A stretch of DNA of 63,728 bases, the filler included, from Rhabdomonas costata (taxonomy: Eukaryota), in the NCBI GenBank assembly GCA_019059605.1. It is 32 parts of 32 records of this genome, joined end to end, with 100 filler letters (N's around TTAATTAATTAA, not from the genome) between each part and the next. Parts side by side here need not be neighbours in the genome. Positions count along the whole stretch, not along the records: positions 39,889 to 41,782 come from JAHMHO010007667.1; positions 41,883 to 43,776 come from JAHMHO010007668.1; positions 43,877 to 45,770 come from JAHMHO010007669.1; positions 45,871 to 47,763 come from JAHMHO010007670.1; positions 47,864 to 49,756 come from JAHMHO010007671.1; positions 49,857 to 51,749 come from JAHMHO010007672.1; positions 51,850 to 53,742 come from JAHMHO010007673.1; 25 more parts are not named here. One strand, given 5' to 3'. How positions within the stretch are numbered: the first letter of the stretch is position 1; each line of letters opens with the position of its first letter. Shown here in pieces: positions 40,443 through 53,392 of the stretch. The position numbers and the translations under genes are program-made. The notes under the pieces are model-generated. The model made no database searches and had not been told where the DNA came from. It worked only from the letters and a program-made list of their open reading frames with translations.

Positions 40443-42483
40443 GCGGAATGAAAATTGGATGGAAAAGACTGCATACATCCGTCACCCCTTAACCTTCCCC
40501 AAGCCGCTCAGCACAACACTGCACTTCAAAAAGAGCCAGCGGCGAAACAGTTCGGTTGTTCTTGCCGTCCCAAAGGGGAAGAGTGTTTGACGATTCAGCG
40601 CCTGTTGACGGCCCCGCACAGCAGCATGGCAGACTGAGGTCTTCCTGCGTGACTTCACCAAATGCCCCACCGTTTTTTTTTCAGGAGCCCTCGCCGACAT
40701 CTGCGGCCGTTAGGCACGACATCACCTTTCCCAAGCAAACGACATTGGCAGCGTCATCGCACGACATGCCAGACTGCGAAGACGCACACGAATACAAAGT
40801 ACGCGCCCTGGGCCAAATTAGCAAGATTTCCACCTAATCAGAAAAACTTGAATTTCTGCCAAACGTTTGGCTTCTACACAGCACAGTTAGCACAGTTGAA
40901 TGAAACGGCACGTACCAATGCAACAGTCAGTTCTGGTGCAGGGCCCTGAAAAGCACTCCGTGCTCCCGCTGTTTGGAGCATAGCCCACCGAGGGGCACTC
41001 ATACCTCACTGTACGGCAGGTGGGGTACACTGTTCAGCAAACGAAAGACAACAACGCAAGATCCAGGCCTTGCTGCCTTGCTGCCAACGGAGACCAAGTC
41101 ACCCCTTTTCCAACACGGATCTGGTCTCAGAGCATACTGTGCGGTGATGTCTCAAGCTCGGCATTCACATTTCATTCGTTAAGAAAAAACTGCTACAACT
41201 TACCGTGTGGTGGGAGCTTTATCTTTCACGGCAAGCTAAACGAACCCACAACAACAAACCAGTGGCTCTAACTCCACCAGCAATCCCAGCACCTAGCAAC
41301 CAGTGCTAGAGAAGAACTCAAAGAGCTTTTTTCCTATTGTCCACAGTGGGAGAGGTTCAGGTCCATCAAGGTCGATCAAGAGATTCAGGTCAAGGTAAAT
41401 TCATTATGGACCCGACCATATCAAGCAAGCAGACCACATGCTCTGGGTTTAAAATACAGGTCCACTCATCATGAAAAAGATGGGGCTCACAGGTCTCTCG
41501 GGAAAATTCGCTTGCATTTTACCAGCGACAGTTTCTGGGTTTAAAGCAGCAATTTGGTCTAACTGTGGACGGTTGCTTTTGCTTGCCTTCCTTCAAAGAA
41601 CCACCACTTCCGAGGCTCGACACTCGCAAAAACAAATGGGAGCCAAGCAAAAATAAGCGCTGCGCTCAGAGCGCAGGAGAAGAGTTGTGGAAGCGCACCG
41701 TAAGCCACAAAGAACGACGTCTGCGGGCTGTTGATGGTGTACAGCGTGGTGTTGCCCTGCGGCGGCTGCACCGAGGCCGTGGNNNNNNNNNNNNNNNNNN
41801 NNNNNNNNNNNNNNNNNNNNNNNNNNTTAATTAATTAANNNNNNNNNNNNNNNNNNNNNNNNNNNNNNNNNNNNNNNNNNNNATGTGGTTCGGCTGCTAA
41901 GTATGCCCTGCTAAGTGCACATGCGGGTTTGTGAGTGAAGGCGTCACCCGTAGACTCTGCGCACGCGTGAGCGGGCTGGTTGCGGGGTAGCTGGAGTTGT
42001 TGTGTGGATCAAGTTGTATAGGGTTCTTGGCTTATTGTTAGCATTGTTACACTAACGTTCTAACGTGCAGCAGACATTACAGTGCTTTCCACCCTGAGGC
42101 AACAGAAACAGGCCAATGATCGCAGCCGGCTTTCAGTCAAATGTCAGTCCCGTTCACCGAAATCATCCCTTGAACCCTTAAATTGGGTCAGTGGATCATA
42201 TCCTCATTCGGGTGGTGAGACGTCCGATCTTCTTTGGAAAGGTATGTTAGCACGAACGCATCCCATCCAATTCCCCTCCTTTTTTTTCTGCCGGCCTCAT
42301 ATTTCTTTTGTGAGACCGTGGCATGCGGGGACCTTTGACGTTGGGCATACGTTGACCTTGTGTTGTGGAGATCTATTCTGTGGAAGTGCTTTGGTAAGGT
42401 TAACCGAAGCGAGTGGTGTGCGATGGCTTCCCATTTTCCTTCGCCCTCGGAGGTTCCATCTCGTGGTGTTTGGGTGTTGTCAG

Positions 42484-43121
42484 GCAAGACCTTCTGCGTG
42501 CACAGCTCGGGCAACAGAAAGGTCCTTGTGGAACGACTCAGTGAAACTGTGAAGGTACCGCGTGCTGTAGGATCGAAAGCAGTGGCGTGCACCTCCTACT
42601 CGTGTGCAACCAGCCTGTTCACGACCTTGCTTGCGTTACCAGCGCGACATCCTCCACTCTGGATTTGATTTTGTATTGGTGGCCCTGCGTCGTTGTATTC
42701 CATCGGATGAGCCTGCGGTTTTCCTGGAGTGTAGAACGTTTCCATGCATCGACATTTTGCCCGAAATCTGCAGGCAACGTATTCTTAAGTTTTGCGGCCA
42801 CAGTCTCCGGCTTTGAAACTAAATCTGCTTCAGTCACCTGCATTAGCGCAGCAAGAAACCTTCCTCCAGCCGAGCGAGTGAACGCGAAAGACTCTCACAA
42901 GGACTGCGCACGCAGCCGGGAGCCCTCTCTTCTGTGGACGTGTACCCACTGTATGCAGGGCAGCTCAGGGGACAAGGAGCTCCCTGCCACAGCGGTGGGG
43001 TTCCACCGCAACGTCGTGGCGGTGATGGTGGGGGCGCTGGGCCAGCTGGTGCAGGAGACCCGCCCCCTGGTCTCGTCCGAAGACACCCCTGCCCTGCTAG
43101 TGCTGCTCACGACGGCCTGCG
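42484..43121 (+). CDS. HEAT-repeat protein, HEATR5/Laa1-like; exons ~42484-42554, 42959-43121
   Basis: GKTFCVHSSGNRKVLVERLSETVK|GSS...HRNVVAVMVGALGQL resembles my recollection of HEATR5 ([24 protein letters not shown]...LNIFTAVLSALK). Confidence 0.45.
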
Positions 43122-44686
43122 GTACGACATCACTCCTGAATCGATGACACCTGCCTATGCATAAATATCCCTAATATCTCGTACCTTGGCGTGGTCATTC
43201 GGGTATGTGTGAGGCCGCTATGGAAGCTACGTTATAATGAGTCCTGTGGCGGTCCACGACCGTATAGGGACCCGGTTTATCAATGCGCAGACATATACAT
43301 CCAATTCACCCTTCTTCTTGCCCTTCATCTTCATCCCCCCTCCCCTTGCCGATAGGTAGTGTACCTTTGTACCAATGTCGCTGCAACAATAGTTTACTTA
43401 GTTAACTCGCAGAACACTCTGAAACCTGTGCGCTGAATTCGACACGCAGGAATCTGCTGGAAACGGGAGCGGAACTGAGGGGCAGTGGGGTGTAGATCGC
43501 AGAGTGGTTTCCAGGTGCATAACAATGCCCAGTTAATGTCGCTATCGGAAATCTCTTTTGTCCAGTGCTGACTGCCCCTCGTGCTGAATCGCCCTGAGTG
43601 ACGACAAGCGCACTGTGAATAACAGTCGGCCAAGCGGATCCTTACTCATTTCTACACAGGCTGATCTTGACAGGTAACGGACCGCTTGTTCATCTGTCAT
43701 TCCGGGGGGGGGGATGGTGTGCGGGGGTGTTCCGTCACAGACCTGCTACGCAGCCCCGACTTTGAGACCAACAACANNNNNNNNNNNNNNNNNNNNNNNN
43801 NNNNNNNNNNNNNNNNNNNNTTAATTAATTAANNNNNNNNNNNNNNNNNNNNNNNNNNNNNNNNNNNNNNNNNNNNGGTTTTTGGGAGGATAGGGGGAGA
43901 AGGGTGAGACACAAACTACTCTTCACCCTCCTCCCCCTATCCTCCCGAAAAGTGCCATTGTGCTCTTAAACTCCCTGGAAGCGGGGAGGGTAGATTGGAG
44001 GGGGGGGAGTCCATTGCGTTTCTTTGCCTTCTATGTCTACTGCGTTCAAGCAAGAGAAGTTTCTTTGCACCGCGTGTGATGCGCGTGGACAATGAGCTGA
44101 CGTTTGCTGCGGTCACATCTTACCTCTCCTTTGTTTCCCGTGTTCTATTGTATTGTACATGCTGTTTGTTTAAATTGAAATCGAACTCTTCTGTCTCCAA
44201 CCGTTGGTCGCGACCAACGAGTGTTGATACTGTGCGTTTAACTTCTTGAGGTGTAAGTAAATCGCTTTCAGCTTTATGCGTTTTTGGGATTCTTTAGACC
44301 TCTCTCCCTCCAGCAACGGTTCCCTTGCTGCAGTTTTCCACTGCTGCGTTCCGACTGCTTCACTCAGCCCCCACCCCCCTGCCCACCTGTTCTGCTTCCT
44401 CACTCTTGAGTCTGCCCAAGACCCAACTGTCACCCATCTTTGTCCTGCATTTCCCTTGCCTTGTTTGTCGAAAAATCGCCTGTTTTCAGGGTTTTGTTGT
44501 TCCCGCTCCTATTCCTTATTCTCGGCATCATCAGCTGAACACACCTCTGGACGTTGTTGAAGTTCTGTATGCCGAACCTTCGTTTTCAGGGAATCTTTTG
44601 GCATTGCATCGTCGGTACATGTTAAGGGGCAATGATTTCTCTCGTCACCCCCGCCCCTCTCCACTGCTCCCTGCTGCCCTTTCAGG

Positions 44687-44802
44687 ACCACGTGAAGGGC
44701 CTGCTCTCCACGGACATCCAGCACAAGCTTCGAATGGGGGAGTACCCCAAGGTGGAGGTATCGAACCCCCTTCTGGGGGACGCCGAGGCAGGAAAGGCGT
44801 AA
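44687..44802 (+). CDS. Terminal exon of a hypothetical protein upstream of BBS4
   Basis: After a polypyrimidine tract and CAG, the frame reads DHVKGLLSTDIQHKLRMGEYPKVEVSNPLLGDAEAGKA followed by TAA. Confidence 0.4.
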
Positions 44803-45461
44803 CAGCATTCCCGCTTTCTCCCACAGTGCAGACGCCCCGCAGTGGTGTACTAGTGTTGTTGCTCGGACATGGCACTGTTTTGTTCTTTTTGAGGCAGGAC
44901 TTGCTGTTTTGGTGGATCCCACTGAAGAGGTGAAATAATGGGCTTCCGGATTCCCTGGAATTCTTGGCAGAGAATGGGAAGCGACACTGCCATATCTGTT
45001 TACCTTTTCGGCCTCTTTGGTGAGGATGGTCTCAAATGTGAGGGAGGTACCGTTAAAGGGGATTCTTTGAAGCCCCATCGTTTGGTAGCTTGAGAAGCAC
45101 TCTTGGCGTTGAAAGCCTTCTACCTATTGCAGCACCATATTCACTTGCTGTTGTTGGTCTCTTCGGAGAGCGTAACTGCTTTTCTTTCCCTTCGTGAACT
45201 CCTTGATGGCTTTGGGTGTTGTGGCGGCGGGCTTCGGGTGTTGTGGCCGCACCGTGACTGGTGAAATTTCAGCAAACCCCCAACCCGGGAGCGTTTGTGG
45301 GAGGCCTGGTACACGCGAAAAAAGCTACTGTTCTCCAAAGGATTTTCGGATGAGTGTAATGCTCGCTTGACTTTTTCCTTCTCTTCCGCAGGTCTACTTT
45401 TTATTGCTTTTTTGTGTCTCAAGCATACAGGCGCGCATACTCAGGTCCGCAGCGCCCAAGA

Positions 45462-45623
45462 ATGGCGGAAGGTGCGATTGTGATGGAGCCCCCGGTGACC
45501 ACGGTGGCCGAGAACACCGCCCCGCCGGCGCCTCTGAACACTGCCGCGGCGGCGGCTCCCACCACTATGAGAGAGAAGCGCAACTGGCTGATTCACGCCC
45601 TGTACGTGCGCCAGGACTTCCAG
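45462..45623 (+). CDS. BBS4: Bardet-Biedl syndrome 4 (BBSome subunit), first exon
   Basis: REKRNWLIHALYVRQDF matches the conserved BBS4 N-terminal motif (NWLIHLHYIRKDY). The exon ends at CAG|GTAGG. Confidence 0.85.
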
Positions 45624-48307
45624 GTAGGTTCTTCCTACTGTCTTTTGTCAATGCGCACTTTTCCTTTCAAACCCGTTCTCCACATCTGAGGGGAGAGGGC
45701 AGCCGCCGCAACAGCCGGCTCTTTGTGCGCGAAGTTTTCCTCCCACCTGTACCTTCAAGCTTGCCCCGCGNNNNNNNNNNNNNNNNNNNNNNNNNNNNNN
45801 NNNNNNNNNNNNNNTTAATTAATTAANNNNNNNNNNNNNNNNNNNNNNNNNNNNNNNNNNNNNNNNNNNNGGGGTTTGTGGAACGGTGCGCACGGACGGA
45901 GCCGAAGCGATACATAGCGAGGCGATTGCAGCAAGCCAACCGTTGAGTGGCGAGGCGAGCGACGTGCCCGACGTGAAGCTGGAGGAGAGCGGGTTTCTGC
46001 TGTTGCTTTCGCGTATTCGTTTCAGCTTCAGATCAGTTCAGCACCGTGTGGAATGGATTCAATGGACATCTCAAATCTTTTGAGACAGCCGACCCATCCT
46101 CTTGTCCGTCTGTTTATATATCGCACACCTGTAGCCACTTGGACGGTCTCCCACTCTCGCTCCCCCCCCCCCTCGATTCGGGCCTACCCACATGCACCCT
46201 TGACCCAAACCGCGTAGGTGTACTGTACCTTGCTGTCTTCTGTGAGTTGGCTTCATTACCCAACCAGTCTCCTGTGGGATAGGAAAGGAGAGGCCCGGGT
46301 TTTGGGTCCACAATAGAAGGCGAAGACATAATCAGAGAGCATCTGAAAACGAGGAAGCGAAAACATCCGCCGAACTCATTCTCCTCCCCCCGCTTCGCGT
46401 CGCGCACGTCGCTCGCCTCGCTACCCTACGTTCGGCTCTCTCCGTGCCCTCCGCTCTCCCACACCCTATCGTCCCCCTCCAAATAAAGGCATATACCCCC
46501 CTGGGCTGACTCCCTTGTATAATGGGTTTGGGGTGATTCTTTCCTGCCCAGGTATGCAGCAAGGGAACCCACTTGGCCCCACTTTCTTCTGCGGACCTCT
46601 CCATAGCTGAAGCAGCACCATTACGTGCGGGGAGAGGTGTTGGTTCCTCGGCGATGTTCATGCGATGGGTAAAGCGGTGCAACTCTCTCAAGCACTTGCC
46701 GCACGCACCCCCACGCACCAACACCCTCGAAATGAGTTGCAGCCCTCACATACAAACCAAGACCGCGAGAGAGGCGATGCAAAAGAGACCCTCAGGCAAC
46801 CCCCCAAAACTGGCGACTCAGACGTGTTAAGTGCCAGGCCGTGCTGCTCAAATGGGGAAAATGGGTGAGCATATAGCACGTTTGCTTACGCGACGCCAAA
46901 ACAGCAAATTGGGCAGTGAGTTAGGCGGCATGTGATGAGAGAAGTAGGGTAAGGAAATCACAACCCACTCAAATGACCTTTCTTACAAAAAACGCAAAGG
47001 CCAAAGCGGTCCCGCAAGATGCCAGAATGCCCCAATTAGGCACCAGGGTTCCCAACTTTTTTGACTTTGGGGTGTGGTGTTTGTTTGCGCATCTCCAAAG
47101 GACCCCTAGGAGGCTCTTACCAGAACCAGAGTGCGAACCGAACGCTTTATTTAAATGTTGAATTTTTGACGGAAGTTTTCCCTTTCATCAAAAACTGAAG
47201 GCAGAATATCCGCAACACAACACTACTGAACTTGCAAAAGCAGACCTCCATGTAATTAGCCTTAGGCTTGCAATCACGTTGTGCGGAATTACTTACTATG
47301 TTGGTCAACCTTACGCTTACAAAACAAAGAAATACAAAAGACCAATCAATGTAAGAAATTTGCAGTGCAGATTACAATTCTTTTCATAGAAATTAAGAGA
47401 ATTTGCTTGGAAATTAAAGTGTTTGAAATGTTTGGGACATGATAATTTTCAATTGTGGATTTCTTTCAACCACGTGGAAGAAAATAAACGATTGATTCGA
47501 GGTACCACCGTATTGCCGTAGCTCGTCAATGGCTTGTACATCATGGTCGACGTCCAAACAGCAGCAAAAAAAAACAGGCAAGGAACAAGAGTGAGATGAG
47601 AAACCGGAAGCGGAAAAGCTCACTCCTGGAGGGTGTAAGCGTGAGGAGTAACTAGATGGGGATGTGCGGTTAAATGGATCCCGTGCGATGTGTGTGCGTG
47701 GGCGGTGCGGATGCTGGGGAAAACAACAACCAAGGGGACCGGGATCCATTTAACCCCACACCCNNNNNNNNNNNNNNNNNNNNNNNNNNNNNNNNNNNNN
47801 NNNNNNNTTAATTAATTAANNNNNNNNNNNNNNNNNNNNNNNNNNNNNNNNNNNNNNNNNNNNCAAACGCTGTTGAGGTAAAGGGAGGAGAGGGAGGGAC
47901 CCCGAAAAATGGGGCTTTGTGGATCGCGACAAATTTGCGGTCCCTGCCCTGTCGCAAGTTTGGCCTCTTCTATTTTTTTGTGTGGTGGTGGGGGCGTTAA
48001 ACCACTATAGCCACTGGTTTGTCAGTACAGAAGTACAGAAAGGGACAAGGGGCATCGGGGGTGTCCTTTTCACGGAGCCCCTCAACCGCGGGACATACTG
48101 CCAGGCCCTCAAGCTTAAACACAGGTGGTGCAGGGAAAGACACTTGCAGCATGGGCAACTCCATTCCGACGTTCCTCGGGTCGTTGAACAGCATCCTCTG
48201 CGGGTCATGTCGCTAGTTTTGATGATGTGTACGTTGATGTTTTCTTTCTGGAATTTTTTATTCGATTTTTTGTCGAGGGGGGCATGGCTGGGTCTCCGGA
48301 TCTGCAG

Positions 48308-49558
48308 ACACTGCGTTGTACATGGACCTAACGATTCGCGAGCACCTTAAGATTTTTTCAATGCTGCACGGCATCCCCAAAGAGGAGTTTGAGGAGCGGA
48401 GCGAGCACCTGTTGGACTTTTTGGACCTTCCCAGAGAGGTGTATGGTGGGGCTTTGATGTTCTTTTCTTTGCATGTCGCAAAGGATGCGGAGTGCAATTC
48501 ATCTGAAGTTCGTGGAGAACTGTAAATAATCCAGACAAATCCAGGCTTTTGCATACCCACTGCTCCCAACCAATATCGTACCCACGCTGCTACCAACACC
48601 CAAATACCGTACCCAACAACGCCAACAAAAGCCCACACACCCCTATATGCTCCATCCATCTTTTAATCGCGCAAACACACAAATGCGAACAGACACAACT
48701 ATCCCTAAGTCAAACAAGAATCTTGCTGAAGTGCCGCTTCCCTCCCCCATGTCCGAACTGCTTAACACCACGGAACGTTTTCAAATTGGACAAGCAGGAA
48801 TCATTTTAATTGTGGGAATTTTGATAGGTTCTGCAAAAGGGAGGGCTCCCTCCTTGTGCCAGAATTGAATGAAGTCTGTCATCTTTTGTGTCGCAGTCCC
48901 GGCCTGTTGGCACGCTGAGTGGGGGGCAGATGAGGCGGGCCTCCCTAGCAGTGGCGCTGGTTCATCGCCCGCCCCTCCTGCTGCTTGACGAGCCCACCGT
49001 GGGGGCCGATCCTGTGCTGAGGTGTGCGGTGAGGTCTTTGCAATGCAGAGCTAGCGCAGGAAGAGAAGGGTGAGGGGTTGGGAATGTTTTCCTCCATCAC
49101 AGCGCTTCTCGCTCAACAGAGCTCAAGTCGGGGTCTGTGTCTGCAGGTATTTTTGGATCCGGGCAAGAGAGATGCCGGAAACACCTAAGGAGTAAATGAG
49201 ATGTATGCATCTGCATGTGCGTGTCTTTTGGTTGCTGTACTTCCCTCGCGCATAAAGTTTTCTGGTGCAAGCCAAGAATGCGCGCTTCTTGGGTTCCCAA
49301 TTGCTGAGCTCCGTTGGCAAGCCTTGAGAGGGCGACCGCGCTCCTTCCTACCTTCTGTCATTCGCTTCTTCTTCTTCAAACTTCTTCGAGGCTCCTTGCT
49401 AAGAATCTTCTTGGGGTGTCCACCAACCCTTCCCCTAGGCTGCGGATCTGGCGGTACCTGGAGCAGCTTGCCGCGGGGGGGACCACGATTCTGGTGACCA
49501 CACACTACATCGAGGAAGCCCGCGAGGCCCACCGGATTGGGCTGATGCGCAATGGCAG
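48308..49558 (+). CDS. ABC transporter ATPase domain, ABCH-like; exons 48308-48438, 48897-49021, 49439-49558
   Basis: [12 protein letters not shown]...[25 protein letters not shown] (signature), [16 protein letters not shown] (Walker B) and [26 protein letters not shown]. Confidence 0.9.
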
Positions 49559-50100
49559 GTAACGGCAAGGTGCCCCGCTGGGGTGAATCCATCTGTGTTG
49601 TTCCCCACATGGAACCCCCCCTTTTTTTTCCATACGGAAGTTACATCATCTCCCGCTTTGCAGCGGTCTTGCCACTGCCAGCTGCCTCTTCGGTGGGAGG
49701 GACTCAAATACAGCTTCCCATATAGTCAGCCATGCCGTGCCGCTTCTGTCTCATTTNNNNNNNNNNNNNNNNNNNNNNNNNNNNNNNNNNNNNNNNNNNN
49801 TTAATTAATTAANNNNNNNNNNNNNNNNNNNNNNNNNNNNNNNNNNNNNNNNNNNNCCCTGAAGGAAGCTCTGGCCTGGGTCTGCACTCGTCGTCTTGAA
49901 ATGCGTGCACGTTCAGTCAGTCAATCAGTAAGTACTTCGAAAGGGAACACCCATTTGGAAGTGAACTAACTTTTGCACTACTGTAAAAATATGGTAAAAC
50001 AGAGGTGCTGGGCCTTTTCTTGCCTTTCTCGGAGAACGCCTTTGAAGGGCGTTGGAGTTCCCCTTGTATACGGCGTTGTGTTCTGTTCTGTTGTGTGAGG

Positions 50101-51583
50101 ATGTCCCGGCCCGCCACCTCCACCAAGCCGGAAACCCCGGAGTGGGACACCGAGGCGGTGCTGAACAGCGGCGAAATCGAGCGCTGTGTGAGGCTGTATT
50201 ATGCCTGCGATGGCATGAACAGGGTACCCAATCCACGTTGCATTACGACTACCATCCCACTTGCTCACTGGTTACCAGCTCGCTTGTTATTCGGCTTCTG
50301 ATATATGAACGACGAACCTTGCAAGAAAGGCTGTATGGCACTGATGAGGAAGGATGCTTTTCGGTGTATCGTATTAATTGAGCCATGCGTAACGAAACAC
50401 CCTGGGTGAGGCGTGGCTGCTCCGTGCTCCGTCACCGCTCCGTTACACGCCAAAATATTCCTTTTCTGTCTTGCTGTTCATGGTATATGAACGAAAGTGA
50501 AGTATTTCTGCACGGCGTACCTGCAGACCTGGGTGTTGTGGCGGTGCACGCAGGATAACCTCAAAGCGGTGTTCCACCAATTGGGCATTGAGGAGGCCGA
50601 CGAGGCGGAGATCGAAGCCCTGTTCACCAGCACGGCGTCGAAATTCCTGGACATTCGAACCTTCCTCTCCTTTGTGCAGAAGCAAAAGAACCGCCACGTG
50701 GCCACCATGAGAGCCAACACAGATGATGACCTGGTATGGGTTTATTCCACTGGCTTTCTTCTTTGTCATCCTTTACAGCGGCTCGTTCAATGGAAATCAA
50801 TGGTTCGACTTGTATTGTCGGAACATGCGTCGCTAATGTCCAGAATTTGGCCTCTCGGACCAAGCTCCTTCTTTGCTTGAAGTTGCGTATGGCTCTGATA
50901 GTTGTGCAATGCACTACGCCCCACAGGGAGCGAAGCTGCAAGTAAGTGGAAGTGGAAGTGCTCGAGTAAAGGCCCAAAGGAGACCTCGGGATTAATGATG
51001 TGCTAGCGGTTCAGGGGGTATCAATTCACTCGAGCGGGACTCACTCACTCAGGTGGACGCCTTCGTTGCCATGGGAGGAGAGCGAGACCACTCTGGATTT
51101 GTCAACGCAAGGTACCTTTTCCGCTCTCCATGTGCTATGGCTGCCGTGTATGCCTTACATTTCGCACATAAGGTTGCTGATTCCTAATCAAAGTACACCC
51201 ATTTCTTTGCGATCTCATTTGCTGCGTTAGAAGACGGTTTACGGTTTTGGCCCTCAATGTTTTGATGTTCAAGTTCATTGCACTTCCTGGCTTGGCTTTC
51301 ATGTCTTCCGCGGCTTAGCGGCAACGGCTGCGTGCGCCCGCGCGCGAGTTAGAGAACTTGTGCAAGCAGTGCGTGCATGGGTGCGTGCGTGGCGGGATGT
51401 AGCAAGCTCTATGAGACGGCCAAGCTGTTTGAGCTGACGATTGACCTGGAGCGGCTGATCTCGGACCTGGATGCGGACGGCAGTGGGTGCCTGGACTTCC
51501 AGGAGTTCGCCGTGCTCTTCCGGGACAAGCAGCGGGAGAGGCTGCGCATGCTTCTGATGGAGCGAAATCTCCGGCGGCTATCG
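50101..51583 (+). CDS. EF-hand protein similar to outer-arm dynein light chain LC4; exons 50101-50223, 50554-50733, 51053-51111, 51403-51583
   Basis: TDDDL|VDAFVAMGGERDHSGFVNAS|KLYETAKLFELTIDLERLISDLDADGSGCLDFQEF contains the LC4-type DAFVAxGG and FELT motifs plus a canonical EF-hand. Confidence 0.8.
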
Positions 51584-51849
51584 GTCTGTACCACACCCGC
51601 GCACACAAGGAACAGACATTCCCCCTTTCCTTGCCCACTTTCTCCAAAGCTTCACTTCAAGCCCCTCTTAGCTTCTGCTCTCCTCCCAGACAAGCCGCCA
51701 CCGCCTCTTCGGCGCTGCGCAGCGCCACCACTGTGATGCAGGAGGCGCGNNNNNNNNNNNNNNNNNNNNNNNNNNNNNNNNNNNNNNNNNNNNTTAATTA
51801 ATTAANNNNNNNNNNNNNNNNNNNNNNNNNNNNNNNNNNNNNNNNNNNN

Positions 51850-51990
51850 TGTTGTTTGTCACAGCACTGCCGCACCCGTTCCAGCAAATCGGGCACGTCG
51901 TGTGGGGGCTGGATGCCGCGCTCGGCCTCCAGTTCAGTCAGGCGCCGGCGGTACAAGGCGTAGAAGGCCCCCTCCAGCCCCACATAGCTC
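51850..51990 (-). CDS. Exon of a hypothetical protein
   Basis: GC-rich coding-like frame SYVGLEGAFYALYRRRLTELEAERGIQPPHDVPDLLERVRQCC. Confidence 0.35.
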
Positions 51991-52891
51991 ACACAAGCGA
52001 GTCGCCGCCACATGGCGTAAGGGCCTTTTGAGAGGGCCCACTGGGCCTAGTCTTTCCCGGCGACAACAGAAGCCCACCTGAACTCTTTGTGGCCAGCAAA
52101 GGAGAAAGGAAAGAAATCGGCGATCCCTTTGCAGTGTAGCAGCGCTTGAAACTTCCAGAACTCCTCCCAACATCGAGACGTACGGGCATTGTGGGAACTC
52201 CCCCTATTAAGTGCATTTTGGGGACCCCCCCCCCCGTAGGGTACGTAAAATGCACCGTGAATGGGGGGGGGGGTTCCCAAAATGCCCCAGCGTCAACATA
52301 CGCCAAAGCTTTCATTTGCATGATTCATTTGCACGATCTTTTCGTGCCATAGGGGTACGGTGCATAGGATGATACATCCATCCATGCCATGCACATCCAG
52401 ACGAACACGTTTCACAATGACTGTCAAAGCTCGACTCCTAAAAATATCGACGGGATCCACAAATTCATTCGATACTTACTGAAGGATCATGGGCGCAGGT
52501 AGACTACCGTTTTGGCGAAGACCGAATCCTCACAGACAGATTACCATATTTCGGCCCACCTCTTTTTTGTCCATTTGCGGTGCTGATCAATGCGGTCATA
52601 GCGCGGGTCGCTGTCCACAACCACAGGGACCACCAAAGCCAAAATCTCCAAATGAATGCACGATACAATGCTGAAGTGATGTAACAAAAGGCAAAACACC
52701 AGCATTAAATGGAAGCATCGAGGTAAACAGGTGATCAGCAAACAATCATGCCGCCAACCAAAAACCCTCGCCGATGCAGAAAAAACCTCTTGTGGTCCAT
52801 CCTTTGGGCGAAGAAAGGATCTCCCCTTGCAGAGCAAATCGTCCGAGAGAAAAGAGAGCCCAGCAGTCCTGGGTCTACCCTACCGTCCGCC

Positions 52892-53392
52892 TCACGTCGC
52901 CTCCGCATACGGGGACCTCAGCTCGTACCAAGAGCTGCCCTGCTTCGACATTTCCACGGCAGAGAACCATTGCCGAAAGGCTTGAAAGGCTGCGGAGGTG
53001 CGGTGTACATCAGAGTACGCTTTCTTGGAGCGATATCTGTGCGGATGCGTTCACACCAGAAACCGATAAAAAAAGACAACACCGCACTCTGATACTGTGA
53101 TGCTGGGGAGGATGGCCGCACTTGGTACCTAACTTTCAAACCAAACTGAAGGTAGAATAGTACGACTAGCCAGAGTGTGCAATAATTTGCTGTGCAATTG
53201 ATTTATGCAACAGGATTTGACAAGGGTACAATTTGACCTTTCAAAGACGACCACTGCGTTGGGGTGGTCATCACTGTGGCCCAACAGGTAGGACAGCGTG
53301 TCGGGCTCGTGCTGCTCGACGTACATCGCAAGGTCCTTGAAACGCCTCAGGAACTCATCGAGGTCCTTTTCCCGGCGGAACACGACCTCCAC
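52892..53392 (-). CDS. ABM (antibiotic biosynthesis monooxygenase)-family dimeric alpha-beta barrel protein; exons 53392-53238, 53036-52892
   Basis: EFLRRFKDLAMYVEQHEPDTLSYLLGHSDDHPNAVVVFER|YRSKKAYSDVHRTSAAFQAF...* matches the ABM pattern EPGTLxY...FERY.....H..S..F. Confidence 0.82.
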
